Shown: positions 18,411-25,532, counted from the stretch's first letter. The stretch: DNA of 64,000 nt from a virus (IMGVR_UViG_3300031963_000020:1-64000); one strand, 5' to 3'. The notes: generated from the letters alone by a model not told the origin. Made by a program: numbers and translations.

Positions 18411-18860
18411 ATGAATCGGTTATGGATGTTGTTGTTCGTTCTAGTAGGATGTTCATCACCAACGCAACCGCAAGTTGTACAAAATTATGAACTTAACTTT
18501 GTAAAAGATATAGATACTATTTTTGTAGATGTATCTGGTGGACAAGTAGTTAAACATCTAGGTGCGTTTACCAATGTTCGTAGTCGCAGAATGGTTTTAA
18601 TCAGTAGTAATATTTTTGTTCAAGCAACGGCAGGTTTTGGTCAGATTGATACCGTGTCTACTGTGAATGGTATATCACATACTAACAATGGATATGTTGG
18701 AACTGCATTTGGCGCATTTCCAAATATGATTGGTATGACCGCAACGATTATAGCTAAAGTAGTTGACGATAGTAAAACACCAGAGGAGTTTAGATATCCA
18801 CATTTACGAAAAGTTTTAGCAGTGGATACTATGCGAGTATTGATACTTCCTCGAAAATAG
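18411..18860 (+). CDS. lipoprotein
   Basis: Lipobox LVGC after hydrophobic signal. Confidence 0.65.
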   Translation: MNRLWMLLFVLVGCSSPTQPQVVQNYELNFVKDIDTIFVDVSGGQVVKHLGAFTNVRSRRMVLISSNIFVQATAGFGQIDTVSTVNGISHTNNGYVGTAFGAFPNMIGMTATIIAKVVDDSKTPEEFRYPHLRKVLAVDTMRVLILPRK

Positions 18861-18866
18861 TAGGTT

Positions 18867-18940
18867 GGGGTGGTAGCTCAATCGGTTAGAGCACTGCACT
18901 GTCACTGCAGAGGTTGCGGGTTCGATTCCCGTCCATCCCG
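18867..18940 (+). tRNA. tRNA-Asp(GUC)
   Basis: ctgca-ctGTCac-tgcag; G73. Confidence 0.93.
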
Positions 18941-18964
18941 TGTCACACCACAAAGGAGTGTATT

Positions 18965-19162
18965 ATGAAACGTATATATTTGAGTAGTAAAGAAAACAAA
19001 ATCGCTGGAGTCTGTGGTGGGTTTGCGGAGTCATTAAATATTGACCCAACCCTCATCAGACTTTTGTTTATTGCGGCATTTCTTTCACCACTCCCGGCAG
19101 TCATTTTTTATCTTCTATGCTGGATAGCAATTCCAAAAGACCCAGGATACGAGAAGGAGTAA
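18965..19162 (+). CDS. PspC-domain protein
   Basis: KIAGVCGG.A..L.IDPTLIRL...Y...WI.IP; SD AGGAG. Confidence 0.85.
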   Translation: MKRIYLSSKENKIAGVCGGFAESLNIDPTLIRLLFIAAFLSPLPAVIFYLLCWIAIPKDPGYEKE

Positions 19163-19165
19163 GTT

Positions 19166-20287
19166 GTGAAGCTATTATTTTTATCCGCATGTGGAAAAAC
19201 AAAAGAAGCAGAAGATAATGGATATATCAATTTGTATCTTGCATCACTGAAACAATATATCGTTCCACATTTCGATGTGAAAGTTATTTTGTTTAACAAC
19301 GCACTTAATCAAAACTCCAGCGAAAGTCAAACATTTCAACGAGTAAAAGAGTTTGGGTTGGAACATATAGTAGAAGTAAAGAATATGTACGAAATGGGAC
19401 TACCACAGGAATCTGTAAACTTTCTTGATAATTTGCATTGGTTTGGTAAAATTGGTATCAATATGAATATGTTATTCGATTATGCCAAGATGAATAATTT
19501 TTTTGATGCGGATTGGGTTTTCCACTTCGATACAGATTTAGAGTTTTTACCAAACTTTAAAGATGTGTTAATGAGTATTGATGAAGTTAGAAAAGTAAAT
19601 AATGAAGTTATGATAACAGCTGGTGGTGACACCTACCCATACAATATACGATACAAGGATACAGAATTTATTTTCGATGAACCATCACGAATAAATATTT
19701 ATGATGCATCCACTCTTAGCCATCACTTTAATTTACGCAAGCTGAAGGTTAATAAACGCAATGAGGGATCAGACACATCCGCCTATATGAACAACGAAAG
19801 GTTGGTATTCAACCTACAGCAACAAAAAATACGTAATGATTTTGTTGGGTACTCCAAAGACGCTGCAAGGTCTAATTTATTTAATTGGATTGGTTGTCAC
19901 TATTCAAGTAACTTTGAGGCTCTCGGACATTTGAAAGACGATGAAGAAGCAAAGTATTTACAACAACTGTGGGAAGAAAAGGGAAGTCCAAATCTTCAAC
20001 TTACAATAAGTCACGATAAGGGTTCGTTACCACAATTTTTCTTACAAGGATCAAGTCATAACGTAATAAAAATACAAGTTCGTGGATATTCGGATATGGC
20101 TAAACATTTTAGTTCCGGGTATTATGAGGAAACACCATACAGAAAATATTCAGAACAACGATTGAAAGAACATTACACCGACACACAACACATCTGGGAA
20201 AAAGATTATTTGACAAAAGAAGAAATAGAATCTAGAATTTTTAATTTACAAAACGAAATCCAACGATTACAACAAATGTTAAATTAG
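19166..20287 (+). CDS. putative GT-A-like glycosyltransferase / hypothetical
   Basis: 'L.SL' and hydrophobic strand followed by DxD (HFDTD). Confidence 0.45.
   Translation: MKLLFLSACGKTKEAEDNGYINLYLASLKQYIVPHFDVKVILFNNALNQNSSESQTFQRVKEFGLEHIVEVKNMYEMGLPQESVNFLDNLHWFGKIGINMNMLFDYAKMNNFFDADWVFHFDTDLEFLPNFKDVLMSIDEVRKVNNEVMITAGGDTYPYNIRYKDTEFIFDEPSRINIYDASTLSHHFNLRKLKVNKRNEGSDTSAYMNNERLVFNLQQQKIRNDFVGYSKDAARSNLFNWIGCHYSSNFEALGHLKDDEEAKYLQQLWEEKGSPNLQLTISHDKGSLPQFFLQGSSHNVIKIQVRGYSDMAKHFSSGYYEETPYRKYSEQRLKEHYTDTQHIWEKDYLTKEEIESRIFNLQNEIQRLQQMLN
20210..20238 (+). promoter_or_regulatory. sigma70-like promoter within 3' end of CDS
   Basis: TTGACA-N17-TAGAAT upstream of tRNA-Ser(ACU). Confidence 0.6.
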
Positions 20288-20293
20288 CAGTAG

Positions 20294-20378
20294 GGACAGT
20301 TGGCTGAGTGGTCTAAAGCAGGAGATTACTAATCTCTCGTACCGAAAGGTACCGTGGGTTCGAATCCTACACTGTCCG
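20294..20378 (+). tRNA. tRNA-Ser(ACU)
   Basis: GGACAGT/ACTGTCC-G73; ggaga-ttACTaa-tctct; long variable arm gtacc-gaaa-ggtac. Confidence 0.88.
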
Positions 20379-20396
20379 TTTTAAATGGAGTATACA

Positions 20397-20507
20397 ATGG
20401 CTACACATAAAAGAAAAGGACATACTAGAAAACCAAGAAAATCTTGGCAAGCTAGTATAAAAGTAAAATCAACAACTGTTAAAAATCCGCGTAGAAAACG
20501 TAAATAA
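20397..20507 (+). CDS. 36-aa highly basic peptide (not in ORF track)
   Basis: SD GGAG; MATHKRKGHTRKPRKSWQASIKVKSTTVKNPRRKRK. Confidence 0.55.
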   Translation: MATHKRKGHTRKPRKSWQASIKVKSTTVKNPRRKRK

Positions 20508-20529
20508 TTAGTATTTATTTAGATGGGGG

Positions 20530-20558
20530 TTGACAATTAGCAGTCCCCTAGTTATATT
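20530..20558 (+). promoter_or_regulatory. sigma70-like promoter
   Basis: TTGACA-N17-TATATT upstream of tRNA-Lys(UUU). Confidence 0.7.
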
Positions 20559-20575
20559 ACTGGTGTAGGGTAAAC

Positions 20576-20649
20576 GCCTCCATAACTCAATTGGTCAGAG
20601 TAGCTGGCTTTTAACCAGTAAGTTCTAGGTTCGAGTCCTAGTGGGGGCA
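20576..20649 (+). tRNA. tRNA-Lys(UUU)
   Basis: gctgg-ctTTTaa-ccagt. Confidence 0.92.
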
Positions 20650-20669
20650 CTGTTGATTAAAAATTGAAA

Positions 20670-20868
20670 GTTAGTTGTAGAGCTTATCCGCGGTAGGAAA
20701 ACCCCGCGCTACACGATTTAAGCGACCCTTACGTGAGACACCACTACAACGGTGCAGGGGAAGTTTCCGTAAGTAGTAGTCCTCGTATGTAGACAAACGT
20801 TCGGTGAGGATGGCACCAACGATGATAGATAAGTTCTTCTCTATAAAATGAGAGGATACTATAACAAC
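20670..20868 (+). ncRNA. candidate structured ncRNA, family unassigned
   Basis: GC-elevated non-coding gap between tRNAs with nested helices gttgtag/ctataac, gagcttatc/gataagttc, cttacg/cgtaag, tcctc/gagga. Confidence 0.55.
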
Positions 20869-20878
20869 TCATCCATAC

Positions 20879-20961
20879 GCCCTGGTGGTGGAATGGTATA
20901 CACAGCAGACTTAAAATCTGCCGGCCTCACGGTCTTGCGAGTTCGAGTCTCGCCCTGGGCA
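20879..20961 (+). tRNA. tRNA-Leu(UAA)
   Basis: gcaga-ctTAAaa-tctgc; long variable arm. Confidence 0.92.
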
Positions 20962-20980
20962 TTAGTCTGTAGGAGAATGT

Positions 20981-21145
20981 ATGATTAAGTATTTAGTAAA
21001 GATATATTTTGAAGGTGGTGTAACATCCTTCACATATTACGCAGCAGAAGCAACCGAGGCTATTACACAGTTTCGTAATGACCCAGATGCACAAAAGTTG
21101 TTAGAAGGAAAAGTATTGACGCATTATGAAGTAGGACCTGTTTGA
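20981..21145 (+). CDS. 54-aa hypothetical protein (not in ORF track)
   Basis: SD AGGAG; MIKYLVKIYFEGG... Confidence 0.6.
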   Translation: MIKYLVKIYFEGGVTSFTYYAAEATEAITQFRNDPDAQKLLEGKVLTHYEVGPV

Positions 21146-21150
21146 TAGTT

Positions 21151-21222
21151 GCGGGTGTAGCTCAGTGGTAGAGTCCGTGCTTGCCAAGCACGTTGTCGTG
21201 GGTTCGAATCCCATCGCCCGCT
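21151..21222 (+). tRNA. tRNA-Gly(GCC)
   Basis: cgtgc-ttGCCaa-gcacg; U73. Confidence 0.92.
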
Positions 21223-21234
21223 CTTGGAGAATTT

Positions 21235-21804
21235 ATGTTTGATATGTTTAATAGAGTAATCTCACAACGAGGTTACACAAGATACCTAGAAATCGGTGTT
21301 AGTAATGGTGGAACATTCTACAACATAGAATGTCAAGTAAAGCATGGTGTGGATCCTAATAATAAGGATATGCTTTACCCCATTACATCCGATGAGTTTT
21401 TTGAAAACTGTAATCAAACATATGATATAGTTTTTATTGATGGTGACCACGAGTGTAATCAAGTCTTACGAGACATTGATAATAGTATTAAACACTTGTC
21501 ACCAAATGGTATTATCTTTATTCACGATACAAAGCCGCACACGGAGTTGATGCAACAATCACCGATGCCCAACAATCTTTGTGAAAGAGGATTGTGGACT
21601 GGTGATGTGTGGAAAGCTATCGCAAAGTTTAGAAACACAAGAAAAGATTTTACAGTTAGAACATTTGACATAGAACTTGGATTGACTATATTAGAACGTG
21701 GTGAGGGAACGCTGATAGAAATACCAGATGAACTCACTTATGATTGGTACTTGACAAATCAAGATTATGTGTTAAATTTAATTCCGTACAATACGGGCCT
21801 GTAG
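21235..21804 (+). CDS. class I SAM-dependent methyltransferase (Methyltransf_24-like)
   Basis: YLEIGV..G, GVDP, YDIVFIDGDH, L.PNG.I..HD. Confidence 0.85.
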   Translation: MFDMFNRVISQRGYTRYLEIGVSNGGTFYNIECQVKHGVDPNNKDMLYPITSDEFFENCNQTYDIVFIDGDHECNQVLRDIDNSIKHLSPNGIIFIHDTKPHTELMQQSPMPNNLCERGLWTGDVWKAIAKFRNTRKDFTVRTFDIELGLTILERGEGTLIEIPDELTYDWYLTNQDYVLNLIPYNTGL

Positions 21805-21867
21805 CTCAGCTGGGAGAGCGCCTGATTTGCATTCAGGAGGTCATCGGTTCGATCCCGTTCAGGTCCA
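21795..21867 (+). tRNA. tRNA-Ala(UGC)
   Basis: G3.U70; cctga-ttTGCat-tcagg. Confidence 0.94.
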
Positions 21868-21872
21868 TAGTT

Positions 21873-21946
21873 GGGTGGTTAGCTCAGTTGGTTAGAGCAT
21901 CTCGTTTACACCGAGAGGGTCGGGGGTTCGAGTCCCTCACTACCCA
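21873..21946 (+). tRNA. tRNA-Val(UAC)
   Basis: tctcg-ttTACac-cgaga. Confidence 0.93.
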
Positions 21947-21966
21947 TTTACCATAAGGAGGTTATT

Positions 21967-22191
21967 ATGAAAGCACGTGTAGTTGAAATGTTACGAACAC
22001 AAGCGGAAGCAGAACGCCAGAAGGCGTTACTTTCACTCGAATTGTTGATGGATTATTCCGCTGGTATTGGTGACCATTCCACCGGCGATTTTTATAAGAA
22101 CGCAGAAGAAGCATTACAAATGCTTGTTGATGCAGACGATAAGTTAGAAGCTCTTGACCGTTACTTTGGTGGTGACGTAATCGCAGAATAA
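21967..22191 (+). CDS. hypothetical helical phage protein
   Basis: SD AGGAGG; GIGDH motif. Confidence 0.7.
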   Translation: MKARVVEMLRTQAEAERQKALLSLELLMDYSAGIGDHSTGDFYKNAEEALQMLVDADDKLEALDRYFGGDVIAE

Positions 22192-22199
22192 AAGTAGTC

Positions 22200-22271
22200 G
22201 CGGGTGTCGTATAACGGCTATTACCCCAGCCTTCCAAGCTGGTGACGAGGGTTCGACTCCCTCTACCCGCT
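22200..22271 (+). tRNA. tRNA-Gly(UCC)
   Basis: ccagc-ctTCCaa-gctgg; U73. Confidence 0.93.
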
Positions 22272-22275
22272 CTTT

Positions 22276-22359
22276 GCTCTTGTGACGGAACCGGCAGACG
22301 TAGCGGACTCAAAATCCGCCGCCCTCAAAGGCGTGTGGGTTCGACTCCCACCGAGAGCA
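22276..22359 (+). tRNA. tRNA-Leu(CAA)
   Basis: gcgga-ctCAAaa-tccgc; long variable arm. Confidence 0.93.
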
Positions 22360-22362
22360 TAA

Positions 22363-22435
22363 CGGGGAGTAGCTCAGTTGGTAGAGTGCACGCTTTGGGA
22401 GCGTGATGTCGCAGGTTCGAGTCCTGTCTCCCCGA
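22363..22435 (+). tRNA. tRNA-Pro(UGG)
   Basis: C1:G72; cacgc-ttTGGga-gcgtg. Confidence 0.93.
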
Positions 22436-22451
22436 CTAACAAGGAGAATAT

Positions 22452-22772
22452 ATGAAAGTGGTAGAAGAATATTTTGATGCATTCGTCAATAAAGATTTAA
22501 TAAGACTATCAGAACTTTATAGTGATGATATTGTCTTATCTGAATGGGATGAAAATGTTTTCGCTGGTAAAGAAGCCGTATTACAAGCCAACGCAGATTT
22601 ATTCAATAAGTTTGAGAAAATTGGTATACTTGTAAAAGCACGTGGAGAAAGTGGAAATATTTCATTAAACGAAATAATCGTAAATCTAGACGATGTATCA
22701 GTAAAAGTGGTTGATAGCATAACTGTTGTAGATGAAAAAATAGTTTATATAATGGCATATCGTGGATTCTAA
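22452..22772 (+). CDS. SnoaL/NTF2-like protein
   Basis: YFDAF..KD...L..LYSDD...GKEAV pattern. Confidence 0.75.
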   Translation: MKVVEEYFDAFVNKDLIRLSELYSDDIVLSEWDENVFAGKEAVLQANADLFNKFEKIGILVKARGESGNISLNEIIVNLDDVSVKVVDSITVVDEKIVYIMAYRGF

Positions 22773-22831
22773 TACCAAAAAGATATTTATATTGTAATAC
22801 GGTTCTGTAAATTTACACAAGAGAAAAATAT

Positions 22832-23524
22832 ATGAAATATGCAGTTTTTTCAACTTACAGAACAGCTAGTACTCTTATGCATGAAATAATAAGAAATCAT
22901 TTCAGCATAACAGATTTGGGTGAGTTAACAGGTCATATTCCTGCCGATAAGAGAAGTGATGAAACACTTCGTCACGGATGGTTAGCTGAACAACTAGCTT
23001 TAGAAGATTACGTTGTAAAATTATTTTCATATGATTTTACAATCTCTGGATATTATTTTAATAGATCAACTTTTGATTGGTCTATATTTGATAAAATAGT
23101 ACTTAGTACAAGAGCAAATGTAACTGACCAAATGTGCAGTGTCTATTATATGAAACCATGGTTACCACCGTCTGACCAAACACATCCGTTTCCAGCAGAC
23201 CCTACACCAGAAGCTATAGATTTTACAAATGCGGGTTGGAATGCTCAACTTGAAAGACAAAGAAATGGACTACTCAGATTTCACGAAATAAAAACTGAAT
23301 TGTTAAATAATTTTCCAACAAAAGTCTGTATTGTCCCATCAGAAATATTTAGTGATCCACAAGAAACTTACTTACCAATATTAAATTCATTGACTGGTAT
23401 AGAATTTATTGCATCTGACTTTTCACCTATATCACCAAACACAACTGGATTAAATTATAGAGAAAAGTATACAAACTATGATGACTTAAAGTACATCACA
23501 GATTCTTGGGGATTGCCAACATAA
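22832..23524 (+). CDS. P-loop sulfotransferase-like protein
   Basis: FSTYRTAST loop, R.N..DQ..S motif; paralog of next gene. Confidence 0.55.
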   Translation: MKYAVFSTYRTASTLMHEIIRNHFSITDLGELTGHIPADKRSDETLRHGWLAEQLALEDYVVKLFSYDFTISGYYFNRSTFDWSIFDKIVLSTRANVTDQMCSVYYMKPWLPPSDQTHPFPADPTPEAIDFTNAGWNAQLERQRNGLLRFHEIKTELLNNFPTKVCIVPSEIFSDPQETYLPILNSLTGIEFIASDFSPISPNTTGLNYREKYTNYDDLKYITDSWGLPT

Positions 23525-23543
23525 GTTAGTGTGAAGATTACGT

Positions 23544-24179
23544 ATGAGAGTAGCAGTATTTTCTACACCAAGAACTTGTAGTAGTTTGATGTGTTATATA
23601 ACATCACGAAGATTTGAAATACACAATCATCGTGAAGATGTGTATACACATTTTACACAAGGAATGCAAGAAGAAAAACTTGAATTCTTAAAAACAACAG
23701 ATGGTTATGTTGTTAAATTATTTTCTAGATATTTTCATAATGATAGAAATATAAGACTGAACGATATGAACTGGAATATGTTTGACTACGTTTTTATTAC
23801 TGAACGAGTCAATTTGGTAGACCAGATGGCTAGTTTGTATCGTAGAATTTATGAAAACACAACATATATAAATTTACAAAGTAGTGAAGTATTAGAATTT
23901 TATTTACAACATAAAGAATATCTCAAACTGTTCTACAATATAAAGACGGATATACTATCTTTACATAAGAATGCATATGTAGTAACATATGAAGGGTTAC
24001 AAAATAATCCAATAAAATATTTAAATTCTGTAACAAATTTAAATTTTATAGATAGTAATATTCCACTACCAAAAGTATTTCCTGCTGTTACTCAAACCTT
24101 AATAGATTATAAACAATATTTTACAAATTATAATGAGTTAAAATTATTTGTAGAGTCTTGGAATTTAATAAAAGATTAA
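23544..24179 (+). CDS. P-loop sulfotransferase-like protein
   Basis: FSTPRTCSS loop, R.N..DQ..S, YE.L; shares YVVKLFS and TNY..LK...SW with previous gene. Confidence 0.55.
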   Translation: MRVAVFSTPRTCSSLMCYITSRRFEIHNHREDVYTHFTQGMQEEKLEFLKTTDGYVVKLFSRYFHNDRNIRLNDMNWNMFDYVFITERVNLVDQMASLYRRIYENTTYINLQSSEVLEFYLQHKEYLKLFYNIKTDILSLHKNAYVVTYEGLQNNPIKYLNSVTNLNFIDSNIPLPKVFPAVTQTLIDYKQYFTNYNELKLFVESWNLIKD

Positions 24180-24188
24180 TGTTGGGGC

Positions 24189-24217
24189 TTGACAAACTCA
24201 ACTACCGATGTTAGATT
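24189..24217 (+). promoter_or_regulatory. sigma70-like promoter
   Basis: TTGACA-N17-TAGATT upstream of tRNA-Glu. Confidence 0.7.
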
Positions 24218-24234
24218 ACTAGTATAATGGTTAC

Positions 24235-24306
24235 GCCGCGTTCGTCTATCGGTTAGGACATAGCCCTTTCAAGGCTAGAAGGCGGGTTCGATTCCCGCAC
24301 GCGGTA
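24235..24306 (+). tRNA. tRNA-Glu(UUC)
   Basis: tagcc-ctTTCaa-ggcta. Confidence 0.92.
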
Positions 24307-24323
24307 TGAGTCAAAGGTATTAC

Positions 24324-24397
24324 CCGCGAGTAGCTAAATGGTGAAGGCAGCGGTCTTATATACCGAAGATATGGGGGTTCAAGTCCCTCCTCGCGGA
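24324..24397 (+). tRNA. tRNA-Ile(UAU)
   Basis: CCGCGAG/CTCGCGG-A; cggt-ctTATat-accg; T-arm gggggTTCAAGTccctc. Confidence 0.8.
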
Positions 24398-24418
24398 CTG
24401 CTTAATTAGGAGATTTAA

Positions 24419-24511
24419 ATGCCACATCCAAAAAAGTGCGGAAAGGGTCGTCGTAAGATTGGCTCAAAGAAACGCAACAATCGTTGGAAAAATAGAAAGC
24501 GTAAACATTAG
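24419..24511 (+). CDS. 30-aa basic peptide, bS22/mS38 (COX24-domain)-like (not in ORF track)
   Basis: SD AGGAG; MPHPKKCGKGRRKIGSKKRNNRWKNRKRKH. Confidence 0.5.
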   Translation: MPHPKKCGKGRRKIGSKKRNNRWKNRKRKH

Positions 24512-24740
24512 TACTATCCGAGGCCTTTTCCCTACCTTTCACCTCGTTAACAGCCTTCGGGCGAATGGAAAGACATAATAAAATTTGATAGGGCGGGTTC
24601 TAGGGTCGTGAGGCCTAGAGACTTTTTGGCTCGTTTAGTTTTGATAAACAAGCAGGCGGTTCGGGGAAGTTCGACGGAATGATGTGTCCGCCTATATAAT
24701 GTTGACAAGAAAGCTGATATCTTTCAACACATCCCCCGTA
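24512..24740 (+). ncRNA. candidate structured ncRNA, family unassigned
   Basis: Non-coding; hairpins cgagg/cctcg, gcc-UUCG-ggc, tctagg/cctaga, gttta/taaac, aggcgg/ccgcct, tgttga/tcaaca. Confidence 0.5.
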
Positions 24741-24741
24741 T

Positions 24742-24812
24742 TGCCCTCTCGTTCAATGGCAGGACATCAGACTTTGGATCTGATTATCGTGGTTCGAATC
24801 CACGGGGGGCAA
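24742..24812 (+). tRNA. tRNA-Gln(UUG)
   Basis: U1:A72; tcaga-ctTTGga-tctga. Confidence 0.92.
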
Positions 24813-24852
24813 CTTGGTTATGTTAAACTTTAATCCATTATGGAGCGTACAA

Positions 24853-25047
24853 ATGTACAAGTTCATTCTCGCAGTAGCAGTAATCGGTCTTTCGGCATGT
24901 GCAGCAAAGGAAGAAGTTCAAGGTGAAGTTGCAGCAGATTCAACCGCAGTAGTAGCACCAGTTGTTGCAGATTCAACCAAGATTGATACTGATTCAATCA
25001 AGTCACCAGAAGTAAAGCCAGTAGTAGAAGGTGAAGCAGCAAAGTAA
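24853..25047 (+). CDS. small lipoprotein
   Basis: Lipobox LSAC; repeated ADST motif. Confidence 0.7.
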   Translation: MYKFILAVAVIGLSACAAKEEVQGEVAADSTAVVAPVVADSTKIDTDSIKSPEVKPVVEGEAAK

Positions 25048-25055
25048 TAATATAC

Positions 25056-25128
25056 GCGGTCTTAGTGTAACGTCAGCACGGTAAGCTTCCAGCTTACAAG
25101 AGCAGTTCAACTCTGTCAGACCGCTCCA
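25056..25128 (+). tRNA. atypical second tRNA-Gly(UCC)-like gene with encoded CCA
   Basis: GCGGTCT/AGACCGC-U-CCA; no D-loop GG; gtaagct-TCC-agcttac; weak T-stem. Confidence 0.7.
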
Positions 25129-25131
25129 CTT

Positions 25132-25220
25132 TGTAAGAACAATCCCGTGCGAGGTGTGGCGCACTCGTTGTGGTGGCGGGAAGAGTAGTATTAACTACTT
25201 GAAAGGGATCTGTTCTTACA
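25132..25220 (+). ncRNA. candidate 89-nt structured ncRNA
   Basis: Perfect 10-bp terminal helix tgtaagaaca/tgttcttaca plus atccc/gggat; internal hairpins gtgcg/cgcac and agtagt/actact. Confidence 0.55.
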
Positions 25221-25231
25221 TTTATTTTTCT

Positions 25232-25316
25232 GGACAGGTGGCAGAGTGGTCTATTGCAACGGTCTTGAAAACCGTCGAGCTGAGAGGCTCCGAGAGTTCG
25301 AATCCCTCCCTGTCCG
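25232..25316 (+). tRNA. tRNA-Ser(UGA)
   Basis: acggt-ctTGAaa-accgt; long variable arm; G73. Confidence 0.92.
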
Positions 25317-25331
25317 CTTAATGAGGTTATT

Positions 25332-25532
25332 ATGATACACGAATTTAAAACACCGTTCGATGTAAAAACTCCGCATGGAGATGGCCGAGCAATCTTATTG
25401 ATTGATTATGGTATTGATGTAAATACTGTTTGGGTCGTTAAACTTGACGGTGGAATCGTGAAGCATTACTATTCGGATGATATTCGTATTTACGACAACC
25501 CTATGAATGGTAAGGGTTGGAACGTAGAATAA
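25332..25532 (+). CDS. hypothetical protein
   Basis: SD GAGGT; TP.G.G.A...IDYG motif. Confidence 0.7.
   Translation: MIHEFKTPFDVKTPHGDGRAILLIDYGIDVNTVWVVKLDGGIVKHYYSDDIRIYDNPMNGKGWNVE

Noticed and set aside
20690-20785. RNase P RNA or group I intron core
   Set aside because: AGGAAA and TAGTCC-like words occur, but there is no CR-V/P4 partner, no proper P7 pairing and no interrupted gene
20680-20846. SAM-I riboswitch, because of the CTTATC/GATAAG helix
   Set aside because: Lacks the AGA, kink-turn and GCAACC core; too long; lies between tRNAs rather than before a CDS
14792-22312. ORF-track entries overlapping tRNAs (e.g. 14962, 21744, minus-strand 14792, 21965) and 5' extensions of 15075, 16183, 18914, 21181
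   Set aside because: They are translations of tRNA sequence; real starts follow SDs downstream of the tRNAs
24518-24575. HDV-like (theta) ribozyme, because of ggcgaatgg
   Set aside because: No P3/L3 or P1.1 can be formed, and it is not directly 3' of a tRNA
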